From: Eledone cirrhosa
Lineage: Eukaryota
DNA length: 64,000 nucleotides
Assembly: GCA_964016885.1 (NCBI GenBank)
Contig: OZ024762.1
Span: forward strand, 17,050,001 to 17,114,000
Direction of reading: 5' to 3'
Shown here: positions 11,391 to 24,219 of the stretch, in pieces
Position numbering within the stretch: the first letter of the stretch is position 1
Layout of the letters: each line of letters opens with the position of its first letter
Position numbers and translations under genes: made by a program
Notes under the pieces: model-generated
Told to the model about the DNA's origin: nothing
What the model saw: only the letters and a program-made list of their open reading frames with translations
Database searches by the model: none

Positions 11391-12575
11391 GCTAGAGCTG
11401 TGAAATCTTGCATGCATTAATTTCAACACTTATTAAATAACTGCATTGTTTCTTTTCCAGGGGCTATGTTGAAAAATAAACCTAATTTGGTCATTCCATG
11501 AGAGTATCTTGGTCAGCCTATGAAGGAGTGATGCTAGAGCTGTGCAATCTTGCATGTTGAAAAATAAACCTAATTTGGTCATTCCATGAGAGTATCTGGG
11601 TCAGCCTATGAAGGAGTGATGCTAGAGCTGTGAAATCTTGCATGCATTAATTTCAACTCTTCTTATTAAATAACTGCATTGTTTCTTTTCCAGGGGCTAT
11701 GTTGAAAAATAAACCTAATTTGGTCATTCCATGAGAGTATCTTGGTCAGCCTATGAAGGAGTGATGCTAGAGCTGTGAAATTTTGCATGCATTAATTTCA
11801 ACTCTTCTTATTAAATAACTGCATTGTTTCTTTTCCAGGGGCTATGTTGAAAAATAAACCTAATTTGGTCATTCAATGAGAGTATCTTGGTCAGCCTATG
11901 AAGGAGTGATGCTAGAGCTGTGAAATCTTGCATGCATTAATTTCAACTCTTCTTATTAAATAACTGCATTGTTTCTTTTCCAGGGGCTATGTTGAAAAAT
12001 AAACCTCATTTGGTCATTCAATGAGAGTATCTTGGTCAGCCTATGAAGGAGTGATGCTAGGGCTGTGAAATCTTGCATGTTGAAAAATAAACCTCATTTG
12101 GTCATTCAATGAGAGTATCTGGGTCAGCCTATGAAGGAGTGATGCTAGAGCTGTGCAATCTTGCATGTTGAAAAATAAACCTAATTTGGTCATTCCATGA
12201 GAGTATCTGGGTCAGCCTATGAAGGAGTGATGCTAGAGCTGTGCAATCTTGCATGTTGAAAAATAAACCTAATTTGGTCATTCAATGAGAGTATCTTGGT
12301 CAGCCTATGAAGGAGTGATGCTAGGGCTGTGAAATCTTGCATGTTGAAAAATAAACCCCATTTGGTCATTCAATGAGAGTATCTGGGTCAGCCTATGAAG
12401 GAGTGATGCTAGGGCTGTGAAATCTTGCATGTTGAAAAATAAACCTCATTTGGTCATTCAATGAGAGTATCTGGGTCAGCCTATGAAGGAGTGATGCTAG
12501 AGCTGTGAAATCTTGCATGTTGAAAAATAAACCTCATTTGGTCATTCCATGAGAGTATCTTGGTCAGCCTATGAA
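11391..12575. repeat. Composite tandem array of 145-bp and 88-bp units (11 units)
   Basis: Units start with gctag(a/g)gctgtg; the short unit is the long unit minus a 57-bp internal block. Confidence 0.9.
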
Positions 12576-12954
12576 CACGTCGGCTCTAGCAGGGTGGATT
12601 GCTGTGAACAATTACAGTATTAGAGTAAATTTACTGAAGAGCAATCAAACATAGAAACCAAAGTAAAAATAGAATGGATGAGTAAGACATGGTCACCTTA
12701 CCTGACTAGCTTAGCCACAATGTTACAACCTGTCTAACCCATACAAGAATGGAACATAGTCATAGTGTGTGTGTGTCATCATCATCATCATCAACGTTTA
12801 ACGTCCGTGTTCCACGCTTGCATGGGTTTGGACTGGCGTTTTCCCACTTGAGGCAAGAGTGATTGTCTTGCTCGCATAGGACTGTCTGGCAGGTTTTCTA
12901 CAGTTGGATGCCTTTCCTAACACCAACCACATTTACAGTGTGGTATATATATAT

Positions 12955-13520
12955 ATATGAAAAGGTTTGTCCTCATCAGTGGCCTTCCAACCGTCGTAGG
13001 CATTTCGTCGCATTAAAGGCCATATACCTCAGGTTGGTGCGAGCAACGGCTAAAAAAAAGTCGTTGGGACACGTAAATAAAGGGGACGCTAGGGTAAACA
13101 AACAAAATGGTTTAAGCAGCTGGCCAAGCCGGTATGAATTTTTTTTCTCTCTCTCTCTCTCGTCTGCGACTTCACAGAACTTATGTTTACCGAATTCGCA
13201 GACCAGACCCCTTCTTCCTCCCGTTAGACCTGTGCGAAATTCCTTCCTTGCTCACATTTCAACCAGGTTTGATGGTCTTTATTCTCTCGTTCACGATTCC
13301 ACCGAATTTATATTCATAGAAATCTGGGACTTGTTTCCTTCTTCCTCTCTTTCTGCTGCTTAAACCATTTTGTTTGTTTACCCTAGCGTCCCCTTTATTT
13401 ACATGTCCCAACGACTTTTTTTTAGCCGTTGCTCGCACCAACCTGAGGTATATGGCCTTTAATGCGACGAAATGCCTACGACGGTTGGATGGCCACTGAT
13501 GAGGACAAACCTTTTCATAT
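12955..13520. repeat. ~165-bp inverted repeat with 235-bp spacer
   Basis: 12955-13120 is the reverse complement of 13355-13520; a diverged third copy lies at ~17750-17945. Confidence 0.85.
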
Positions 13521-13735
13521 GTAACCCATTTGCAGCGCCGCAGCTCCATTATTATCATATATATATATATATGTGTGTACATTCTGACGATTTGGTTGGC
13601 TATCGACTGTAATTAAAGTCGAGTGACGTGACTTCTGACGATCAGCGACTTTTAGACACACCGGACTAATGAAACAATTGTTAATACATTAAATAAACCC
13701 TATTGTACAGCCGACCATGCTATTCTTCATTCTTT

Positions 13736-13884
<149 letters not shown>

Positions 13885-14163
13885 GGCGCATGGCTTAGTG
13901 GTTAGAGTATTGGGCTTGCAATCGAAAGGTTGTGAGTTCAATTCTCAGACCCTGGGACTATTAAATCTCTCCCAAGGTAACTCTCTCTTGTGTTGTTATT
14001 TTTATTTTATCCTTTATACTCTTCCCTTCATTCTACACATCTCACACATCTTATACACACCACGCATCTCAACGTACACCCACTTACATCTCTCTCTCCA
14101 CCACCGGACCTTGTTACCTGCAGATTTACCCATTTGCATTGTCGAGGCTTCCAAACGACTTAA

Positions 14164-14201
<38 letters not shown>

Positions 14202-14409
14202 TCATTTTCATTTCATTTTGGGTCCGCTTTTCCCTGCTTGCAAGGGTGGGACGGGAACTGATTCTGGCTCGATTTCTACAGCTGGATGCCCTTCCTAACA
14301 CCAACCTCATTTACAGTGAGTGCTGGGTGCTTTTTTGCCGTGGCACCTCCACGACCACTTTCCAGTGGAATGATAGGGACCCCAGTCCCTATCATATATA
14401 TATATATAT

Positions 14410-14720
14410 AACAAAGGAAATGTGGTAAGGAACCAGATGGACCATAACGCACCAAAGTAATCAATACTTAGGGTAGTAGGGTGGGTAATAGGAACAAGTA
14501 GGACCCCGACGGCAGAGCTCAAGCCGTTTCGACAGCTAATTCTGGACTAAATAAGAATTTTTAGCCTGGTAAATAAATAGCCAAATTTCTCAGGGGATAA
14601 TTCCTTCCATATTACCCCCTGAGAAGTTCGGCTATTTATTTACTAGGCTAAAAATCCTTATTTAGTCCAGAATTAGCCGTCGAAACAGCTTCAGCTCCGC
14701 CGTCGGGGGTCATACTTGTT

Positions 14721-14725
<5 letters not shown>
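14410..14725. mobile_element. Fold-back element (hairpin 14488-14725), probable Penelope-like terminus
   Basis: Same family at 24762-24970 and 40440-40645, all flanked by (TA)n. Confidence 0.6.
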
Positions 14726-14780
<55 letters not shown>

Positions 14781-14955
14781 TATATATATACACACACACA
14801 CATATATATATACATGCATGCGTGCGTGTGTGTTTGTGATTTGGGATATGTATAAATGTAGTATATATGCTATATATATATGTTGAGCCAATTTGCTGAT
14901 ACGAGGCTAAACAACAACAAAATATAAAAAAAATATATACTCACACATACACACA

Positions 14956-15022
<67 letters not shown>

Positions 15023-15068
15023 ATAATAATAAATTTGAAGACTAAAATCCAAAGAGGGCTCATTAAGG

Positions 15069-15222
15069 ATATATATTAATTAAAATAACAGATTAAAGTT
15101 TAAGCAAAGAATCGCTGGTTTCACTCTTAATGGGATCTTCTGAAGTTTCAGAAGATCCCGTTAAGAGTGAAACCAGCGATTCTTTGCTTAAACTTTAATC
15201 TGTTATTTTAATTAATATATAT
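15069..15222. repeat. Near-perfect palindrome with degenerate hammerhead-like core
   Basis: ~76-bp arms with centre ctgaa-gt-ttcag; single-arm copy at ~43075-43145. Confidence 0.75.
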
Positions 15223-15313
15223 ATATAAAAGTTTATCCCGGGTCCAATCAGGGGTAACCACAGTAAGTAAGGTACTCAATACAAAGCAGAGTAAAAATAT
15301 TTAATATAGAAAG

Positions 15314-15362
15314 GCTTCCTGAAGATTTCTCCCGAATGAAACAGTTCTAGTCCTGTAGAAGC
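15314..15362 (+). ncRNA. Type I hammerhead ribozyme (family D)
   Basis: gcttc CTGAAGA tttc-tccc-gaat GAAA cag-ttctagtc-ctg TA gaagc. Confidence 0.75.
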
Positions 15363-15505
15363 ATTTTTATATTAAATATATATATATATACACACACTAC
15401 CGTATATTTTGGTAGATTTATCTACATATATACACACACACACACATATATATATATATAGTGACGAAACATAAGTCAATTGCATGAACTCATAATCCTT
15501 TATTT

Positions 15506-15561
15506 ACTGCTATATATATTTCAATGATAGCCATTGAATGGCTATGACCTCATCAGGCAGT
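15506..15561 (-). ncRNA. Type I minimal hammerhead ribozyme (family E)
   Basis: Minus strand: actgc CTGATGA ggtcatagccattcaatggctatcatt GAAA tatata TA gcagt. Confidence 0.85.
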
Positions 15562-15681
15562 TAGTCAGTTCTTAAATATGCCAGCTCTGTGTTTATAGTG
15601 TTGATGGTATCAGAGCCTTGGGACATAATATATATACATATATATCATTTCATTTTACGTCCACTTTTTCCCTGCATGCAA

Positions 15682-15778
<97 letters not shown>

Positions 15779-15924
15779 TATATATATATATATATCAGCT
15801 GTTACAGAGTGTAACAGATAATGAACAAGGAAATAGGATTTGATTACAATATCTGATATGGATGACTTCTGCTACTATTGTCACATGGCTAGGAATATAG
15901 ACAGAGGAAATAGGGAATTATTCT

Positions 15925-16330
15925 ACCATTACCTGAGAAGCTTAATTAATATAGCTGTTACCTCTACTGTATCTGTTGTATTACCTGTGAAGCTTAATTA
16001 ATATACCTGTTACCTCTATGGTATCTGTTCTATTACCTGTGAACCTTAATTAATATAGCTGTTACTTCTACTGTACCTGTTATATTACCTGTGAAGCTTA
16101 ATTAATATACCTGTTACCTCTATGGTATCTGTTCTATTCCCTGTGAACCTTAATTAATATAGCTGTTACCTCTACTGTACCTGTTCTATTACCTGTGAAG
16201 CTTAATTAATATACCTGTTACCTCTATGGTATCTGTTCTATTACCTCTGAACCTTAATTAATATAGCTGTTACCTGTAGTTCTTTGTTTACTACCTCTAC
16301 GGTACCTGTTCTCCCATTAACTGCGAACTT
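15925..16330. repeat. 52-bp minisatellite (~7 copies, alternating variants)
   Basis: Unit ttacctgtgaa(g/c)cttaattaatata(c/g)ctgttacctcta..gta.ctgttcta. Confidence 0.85.
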
Positions 16331-17109
16331 TAAATAATGAAGCGGTTGAACATTAACCCTTTAGCATTTAAACCAGTCATATCTGACCAGAATTCTCTTA
16401 CCTCTTTCTCTTCAAACTGGCCACTCATACTGATGTTAAGGTATTGTTCTCAAAATAAGTAACACCAAAATCTCAGATTCGATATTATGTGAGGTAAAGC
16501 CCTTACAGCATTTAAAGTTTCTTCAACTTTCAAACTCTGTCCAAATGTTCAGAAATTAACTGTGAGTCTCCATTAATACAGCTTTTAGCTATATTCCTTT
16601 AATTGGTTTGTTTTGTACCTCTACCGTACCTCGTCTTCCATTAACTGTGAACCTTAACTAATATACCTGTTACCTATATTTTTTTTCCTATGTCTAGGAC
16701 AGCTACTTACTACTTAGCTTTTGTAACAACACCATTATCAGCTGCTATTGTTGCTGGGACTCTCAAGTGAGTAAGCTTAAGATTACATACAACCACCCCC
16801 AGCTCGCCCCCACCCCCTCTCCACCACCACCACTGCCGCCGCCATCTAAGAAATAATTCAATTGTATTAACGTCAACAGATGGGGAAGATTTAACAACAA
16901 CAACAACAAAAAAGTATTAAGTAACTAATTCTATAAAGCTTGGGAAAAAGAAAGCTCCCCCCCCCCACCCCCATGTAATTCTAATATGACCTACTGAACC
17001 CTAATGTGACCTCAGTGGAAGGGGGCTGAGGGTGAGCCTCTCCTTCCATTGTTAAGATACTACCATTTCTCAAGCTGTTGTTGATTTAACTCTTAACATA
17101 TGGTAATAA

Positions 17110-17154
<45 letters not shown>

Positions 17155-17375
17155 AATGTAATCTGAGTTATTCGAATATTAATAATAATATTCGATTCGT
17201 TTGCAATTATGCAAACAAGCCTCATTTTTATAGCCATGTCAGTAGAATGAACCCCTCATTCTTGCTCTTGTGTTGGCATGTAAACAGAACTGCAGACACT
17301 AATGTTTCTGGGTATTAAGAGACAGAGGCAGTGAGAGTTTGGTTCCTTTTTGTTCAGACCTGGTGTGTGTGTGTA

Positions 17376-17716
17376 TCATTCATTTCATTTCATTTTACGT
17401 CCACTTTTTCCCTGCTTGCAAGGGTGGGACGGGAACTGATTCTGGGATGATTTCTACAGCCGGATGCCCTTCCTAACACAAACCTCATTTACAGTGAGTG
17501 CTGGGTGCTTTTTTGACGTGGCACCTCCACGACCACTTTGCAGTGGAATGATAGGGACCCCAGTCCCTATCATCTCATTTCTACAGCTGAGTAAACTGGA
17601 GCAATGTGAAATAAAGTCTCTTGCTCAAGGGAACAAGACATCACCCGGTCTGAGAATTGAACTCACAACCTTTCGATTGCAAAGCCAATGCTCTAACCAC
17701 TGAGCCATGTGCCTCC
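17376..17716 (-). mobile_element. SINE family 1
   Basis: Full-length copy matching 561-905. Confidence 0.85.
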
Positions 17717-18619
17717 ATGTGTCTATATATATATATATATATATATGATAATAAGGGCGCTGCGGAGTTGCAAATGGGTTACATATGAAAAAAGTATGTC
17801 CTTCATCAGTGATCTTCCAACTATCATAGGTATTTCATCGCTTTAAAGACCATATACCTCCGGTTGGTGCGAGCAACGGCTAAAAAAAGTCGTTGGGACA
17901 CGTAAATAAAGGGGACGCGAGGATAAACAAACAAAATGGTGAGGCAATATATATATAGGATAACAGGTTATTGTTTTAGGTAATCCAGTTAGAGGTTGTG
18001 AGTACTCTGTACTATGGATAGTTTTAACGTACGGCGTTGTTTGACTCAACAAGAGGTTTCCTTAGTTAGGTGGCGAGTTTGCGAGAATTCCTATGCAGGT
18101 TATTCTTGGAGTAATAGTAGTGAAAGAGTGAAGAATAACATGGTCGGCTGTACAAAAAGAGTTTTATTTACAGTGTTAACAATTGTTTCATTGATCAGGT
18201 GAGTCTAAAGGCCGCTAATCACCCGAAGTTGCGTCACTCGACCTTAAATACAATGTGTCTCTGATGGACAGATTGTTGTGAAAATTTGAAGTGTTAGAAT
18301 TAAATTTAAATATTTAACTCCTAACATCCTGTAATAATTTAGCAGAAAATATCTAGAAATCAGGTTTGTTAATTCAAAAGTTTATAGTATTTTTACTGGT
18401 GAAGAGATTAAAAAAAAATTTGTAGTATTTTAGTAAAGACTTTAATTTTTAATGATATGCAGTCATAGTGCTGTTTTATACTTTTCAAGAATGTCTTGTT
18501 AATGTGGTTTCGTGTGGAATAGAACGTTAGGAGTTAATTTTTCTTCTATTGGAGAACTGCTGTTGACAACCAATGTTTGTTTATAAAAGATTGTTGGAAG
18601 AAACAGAAGACATGAGGCT

Positions 18620-19135
18620 CGTACCACCCATCTCACCCTCAACCACAGAGGCTCCTACCACCCATCTCACCCCCAACCACAGAGGCTCCTACCACCCATC
18701 TCACCCCCAACCACAGAGACCTCTACCACCCATCTCACCCTCAACCACAGAGGCTCCTACCATCCATCTCACCCCCAACCACAGAGGTTCCTACCACCCA
18801 TCTCACCCCCAACCACAGAGACCTCTACCACCCATCTCACCCCCAACCACAGAGACATCTACCACCCATCTCACCCCCAACCACAGAGGCTCCTACCATC
18901 CATCTCACCCCCAACCACAGAGGTTCCTACCACCCATCTCACCCTCAACCACAGAGGCTCCTACCATCCATCTCACCCTCAACCACAGAGGCTCCTACCA
19001 TCCATCTCACCCCCAACCACAGAGGTTCCTACCACCCATCTCACCCCCAACCACAGAGACCTCTACCACCCATTTCACCCCCAACCACAGAGGCTCCTAC
19101 CAGCCATCTCACCCCCAACCACAGAGGCTCTTACC
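18620..19135. repeat. 34-bp minisatellite (~15 copies)
   Basis: Unit cccatctcacccccaaccacagaggctcctacca. Confidence 0.9.
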
Positions 19136-20253
19136 CCCCCCCCCACTAAAACAGAAGACAAGAGGCTCGTACCACCCACCTCAGCCCCAGACACTGCAGT
19201 GACCTACCTATAAGAGAGAAGTAGATATAGAAAAAAGATATATCATCAACGGAGCTTTGTTTGAGATTGGGGCTGAGAAATATCAGAACAGTTTGACCTT
19301 AATGTTTCATCTGCTGACAAAAATAACTTAATAAATATCTCTTTGTAGTCTCTCACTAATAGATAACTTATAGGTCATCTCTTTCAATCTATAGTGATTG
19401 ACTTATTAACAGTCATTTACTGCCTTTGGGACTCTTGTCTTTTCAAATTTCAAACACATCCAGCCGTTACATATTTTATAGGGTTTGTTAACATCCAATT
19501 GCCAGAGCTTGGCCCTGAAGCTTTAAGCAGAAGTTCTTAAAGTGGGTGTTACAGCTGGTTTAAATGCTAAAGGGTTAAGCTGGTCCACTAAAGAGGTTTC
19601 AGCTTATAAGGGGCTTACTTGATAGGGGTCTCACTCCTTTCATGAAAAACAATGTGAAAGTGAAATAAAGGGCCATGCTTTTCATGATAGGACTGGAGTC
19701 CCCTATCATTAAAACACTTCAGAAACCTCCTATGGGATGCAACCTCATCAGGGATCAAACAAACCTTTGTAGGTGTGAGCTGTAACAACATGATAGGACT
19801 GGAGTTCTCCATCATTAAAACACTTCAGAAACCTCCTATGGGATGCAACCTCATCAGGGATCAAACAAATCTTTGTAGGTGTGAGCTGTAACAACATGAT
19901 AGGACTGGAGTCCCTATCATTACAACACCCATGAAACCTCCTAAGAGATATATGGGAGGTCAGCTAAACCTGTGTAGGTGTGAGCTGTAAATTGCACATT
20001 TTCAAATGTCAAAACTTACAGGTGTATTAAAGTGTCAAGTATGTCGACAAACATAACAGGATGACTTTAAATCAGGGCTGCATAAACTAATAACAAAATC
20101 CTGGCTGCATAAATTTAAATCCTGTTTAGAAAATAACAACAACAGCAACAGCAACAACAAATATAAGTAATAAAATAATAAAATATAATATAATAAAAGA
20201 ACAAAATTAACATAAGAGGTTAGTGTTCTGATATGATTTAAATCTTATGCTGT

Positions 20254-20920
20254 TTAACCCTTTAGTATTTAAACCGGCTGTATCCAGCCAGAATTCTCTC
20301 ACCTCTTTCTCTTCAAACCAGGTGTAAATGGCAACTAATACTGATGTTATGGTATTGTTCTGAAAATAAATAATATCAAGATCTCATAGATTCGATATTT
20401 TGTGAGGTAAAGACTTTACGATGAAAATGGAGCAGATACAAACTATGCAGTGCGGAAATGCCTCAACAGATTAAGATCTGGTGTTAGACGTGCAAAAGTC
20501 ACTCTTGTAAAATGGGGTTATTTAAAGGATGGGGGACATTGTGTGTGACTGCGGCATTGAACCACAGACTACACAGCACCTCCTGATATACCCCCTGCTG
20601 GAACACCCCTGCACAGTATTGGACTTGGCAGAATTTAATGAGAAAGGACAGCAATGGGTTCAGCTGTGGTAGAACTACATCTTGCCAAGCTTTGTAACTA
20701 CTCTCTTGTGGACATGGCAAGAAGAAGACTCTTGTTTATTCTTGTATATATGTATATATAGTGTATATATATATATATATAATTGTTTCTACTTTTGACA
20801 CAAAGCCAGCAATTACCCAGTGCATTACTGGTACTTTATTTTATCGACCCCGTAAGGATGAAAGGCAAAGTCAACCTCGGCGGGATTTGAACTCAGATCG
20901 TTAAGGGACTATATAATGTT

Positions 20921-20956
<36 letters not shown>

Positions 20957-21233
20957 TGGTATATTATATATAGTGTGTAGATATAGTGGCTTTACTCTAA
21001 AGGATGGGGATGTTGTGTGTGACTGCAGTATTGAACCACAAACTAAGCAGCACCTCCTGGTATGCCCCCTTATGGAACACCCCTGCACAGTATTGGACTT
21101 GGCAGAGTTTAATGAGAAATGACAGCAATGTGTTCAGCTGTGGGGGAACCACATCTAGCCAAGCTTTGTAACTGATACAAGACTGTGAAAATATAATAGA
21201 AAGTATAAAGTAATGTAAATGCTAAAGGGTTAA
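20254..21233. mobile_element. piggyBac-type MITE carrying nested insertions
   Basis: TTAA-ccc at 20254 and ggg-TTAA at 21233; MITE body interrupted at ~20427 and resuming at ~21183. Confidence 0.65.
20428..20728 (+). mobile_element. 3' end of an Ingi/Vingi-like LINE (ORF2 C-terminal zinc knuckle); partial duplicate at 21001-21172
   Basis: Translates as KCLNRLRSGVRRAKVTLVKWGY...CDCGIEPQTTQHLL...HPCTVLDLAEFN...W*, followed by an (aag)n tail. Confidence 0.65.
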
Positions 21234-21544
21234 ATTGACTAAATGGTTAAATTGACTAAATGGTTGACAGATTTACTGTGTAACCAAGAGGTTTCTATAC
21301 AATTTAATATCATGGACCATCCTGGGAAGAAGGATTAATGAGAGATAGGATTAGAATTATATTCAATCTATTGTAGTGGTTGGCCAAGTGGTTAATTAGG
21401 GTGTTGGACTCATCTGGAGCAGGTAGCATGTGTCCTTGAGCAGGACACTTCATTTCATGTTGCTCCAGTTTACTCAGCTGTAGAAATTAGTTGTGATGTT
21501 ACTGGTGCCAAGCTGTATCAGCCATTACCTTTCCCTTGGACATC

Positions 21545-22050
21545 ATATATAGTGTATATATAGAATATATAGTGTATATATAGAATATATAGTGTATATA
21601 TAGAATATATAGAGTATATAGTGTATATATAGTGTATATATAGAATATATAGTGTATATATAGAATATATAGTGTATATATAGAATATATAGTGTATATA
21701 TAGAATATATAGTGTATATATAGAATATATAGTGTATATATAGAATATATAGTGTATATATAGAATATAAAGTGTATATATAGAATATATAGTGTATATA
21801 TAGAATATATAGTGTATATATAGAATATATATTGTATATATAGAATATATATAGTGTATATATAGAATATATAGTGTATATATAGAATATATAGTGTATA
21901 TATAGAATATATAGTGTATATATAGAATATATAGTGTATATGTAGAATATATAGTGTATATATAGTATATATATAGAATATAAAGTGTATATATAGAATA
22001 TATATTGTATATATAGAATATAGTGTATATATAGAATATATAGAGTATAT
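21545..22050. repeat. 20-bp minisatellite (tagaatatatagtgtatata)n; continues at 23995-24205
   Basis: Directly visible on both sides of the LINE. Confidence 0.9.
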
Positions 22051-22051
22051 A

Positions 22052-23985
22052 TAATAATAATAATAATAATGAAATTATTGTGTAAAGTGCTCAGGTGCAC
22101 TACAACTCGTCAAAGGTGTATGTATAGTACATAGAATAATACACAAATGTCAGGGAAGTACATGTGTGTATGTGTTAGCTGTAGTGTTGGTGGATCTCAG
22201 GAACCATGGAGGCCTTAAAGGATGCAGTGTCTCGACAGCTAACAACTGATGCAGGTAGTTTGTTCCATGCTTCAGCAACTCTGAGCGTGAAAAAATGTTT
22301 CCGAAAGTGATAGGAAACTGTGCTGTTTTCTTACTTTGTGGGCATGTCCACGTGTGTTAGACACATGGAAACCAAAAAGGTACTCAGGGTTGTTGTTGGC
22401 AACATGGTTAACAATTTTGTGGGTGTTCACCAAGTCAGTTGCCAGGCGTCGGAGCTTCAATGAATCCATGCCCAGGGAAGCAAGGCGCTCAGAGTATGGT
22501 AGATGCCTGATGGAGGGTATACGCTTGGTTGCACGTCTTTGAACAGTTTCCAGACGGTCAATGTTCTGAGCAAGATAGGGGTTCCAGACTGGTGATGCAA
22601 ATTCTAAGTGTGGTCGCACCATAGCTGTATACAGCCTTAAATAGATAGCTGGAGAGCGGCTGACAAAGGTCTTGCTGAGTGATGCTAAGACACCCTCGGC
22701 CCTCTTGACAATTTTAGAGACGTGCTTCGTCCAACGCAAATCGTTGCTGACCGTAATGCCCAGGTCACGTTCACAGGAAGACTTCTTGATATTAGTGCCG
22801 TGGAGGGAGTATGTGGACACTGGGTTTTTACTCCCAAAATGCATGGTGGTGCACTTGTCCACAGCTAGCTTGAGTTGCCAGTCTGAGATCCATTGTTGCA
22901 TTGTGTCCAGGTCAGACTGCAAGCAAGATCTATAGTGTTCAGGATCTGTCCTTTTTATCTCAAGGTACAGCTTGATGTCGTCTGCGTACTTTAGTACTGT
23001 GGCATTCCTTAAGTTGGCATCTATGTCATTAATATATGCCACAAACAAAAGGGGGCCAAGAACAGATCCCTGTGGTACACCAGATGACATCTCATATGGT
23101 GAGGAATGCTGTCCCAGAACCGTGACTACCTCTCTTCAACTGAGAATGAAGGACTTCAACCAGTTAAAAAGATCATCCTTCACACTCATTGCAGAGAGTT
23201 TTGCCATAAGCCTTTTGTGTGGCACAGAATTGAAGGCCTTCACAAAGTCAAGGTAAACAACATCCACCCATGAGCCGCCATCAGTGATCCGGGTGATGTC
23301 CTCAAGAAACTCTATAAGTTGATCACAGCAGCTGGAGTTGGGGATAAATCCAAATTGCGAGGGCCGGATAAGACTGTGAGAGCTCCAGAAGTTCCAAAGT
23401 GTTTCTCTGACACAGGATTCCATCAGTTTGGCGATGCAACTAGTAAGACTGACTGGACGATAGTTCACAGGTGATGTGCGGTCACCCTTTTTGAACAGAG
23501 GAATGACACTGGCAGTTTTCCACTGTTCTGGAGTAGCACTGTTGTTCAGACAGAATTGGAAGAAGCGTGATAACTGGTGTAGAAGGAAGTACCCACCACG
23601 TTTAAGAAGCAGGTACGTAACACCATCAAGACCAGGAGAGGCATGGTTGCGTTTATTTTTTAGGTGACGTGGCAGCATTGCAGGTGTAAATTCCATGGTT
23701 GTCATAGAGTCCGGTGTCATAGGTGGTACACTCTGGTCTTCAATAGTGAAAATACCTGCATAGCATTCAGCAATGAGCTCTGCGCATTCCTTGGGGTCGT
23801 CAGTAACCTGGCTTGTGTGGGGATTGCGAAGAGGACCAACTGGAGAGTGAGGCCTCTGCTTTGAGTGAACATACTTCCAGAACACCTTACTGTCAGGGCT
23901 GGTTGCTATGCGCTGCTCAAATGAAGCACTGCCTTTTTTGTCACCTGTTTGAGGTGGTTGGACGATCTATTTCGCCTCTTCCTAT
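22052..23985 (-). mobile_element. 5'-truncated CR1-like LINE, reverse transcriptase pseudogene
   Basis: NYRPVSLTS, QFGF, YLDFVKAFNSVPH, SGVPQGSVLGPLLF, YADD and RDLG motifs. ORFs 23885-23136 and 23090-22272 are in frame, separated by one premature TGA; frameshift near 22315; (tta)n tail at 22052. Confidence 0.92.
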
Positions 23986-24219
23986 TAATGTCTTATAGAA
24001 TATATAGTGTATATATAGAATATATAGTGTATATGTAGAATATATAGAATATATAGTGTATATATAAAATATATAGTGTATATATAGAATATATAGTGTA
24101 TATATAAAATATATAGTGTATATATAGAATATATAGTGTATATATAGAATATATAGTGTATATATAGAATATATAGTATATATATAGAATATATAGAATA
24201 TAGAGTGTATTTTTTTTTT

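Noticed and set aside
11391-12575. CRISPR-like appearance of regularly spaced repeats (also 6760, 26070 and 62120)
   Set aside because: No unique spacers, no cas genes, and a eukaryotic context
18573-19202. 209-aa proline-rich ORF
   Set aside because: 34-bp minisatellite whose period is not a multiple of 3; open by chance
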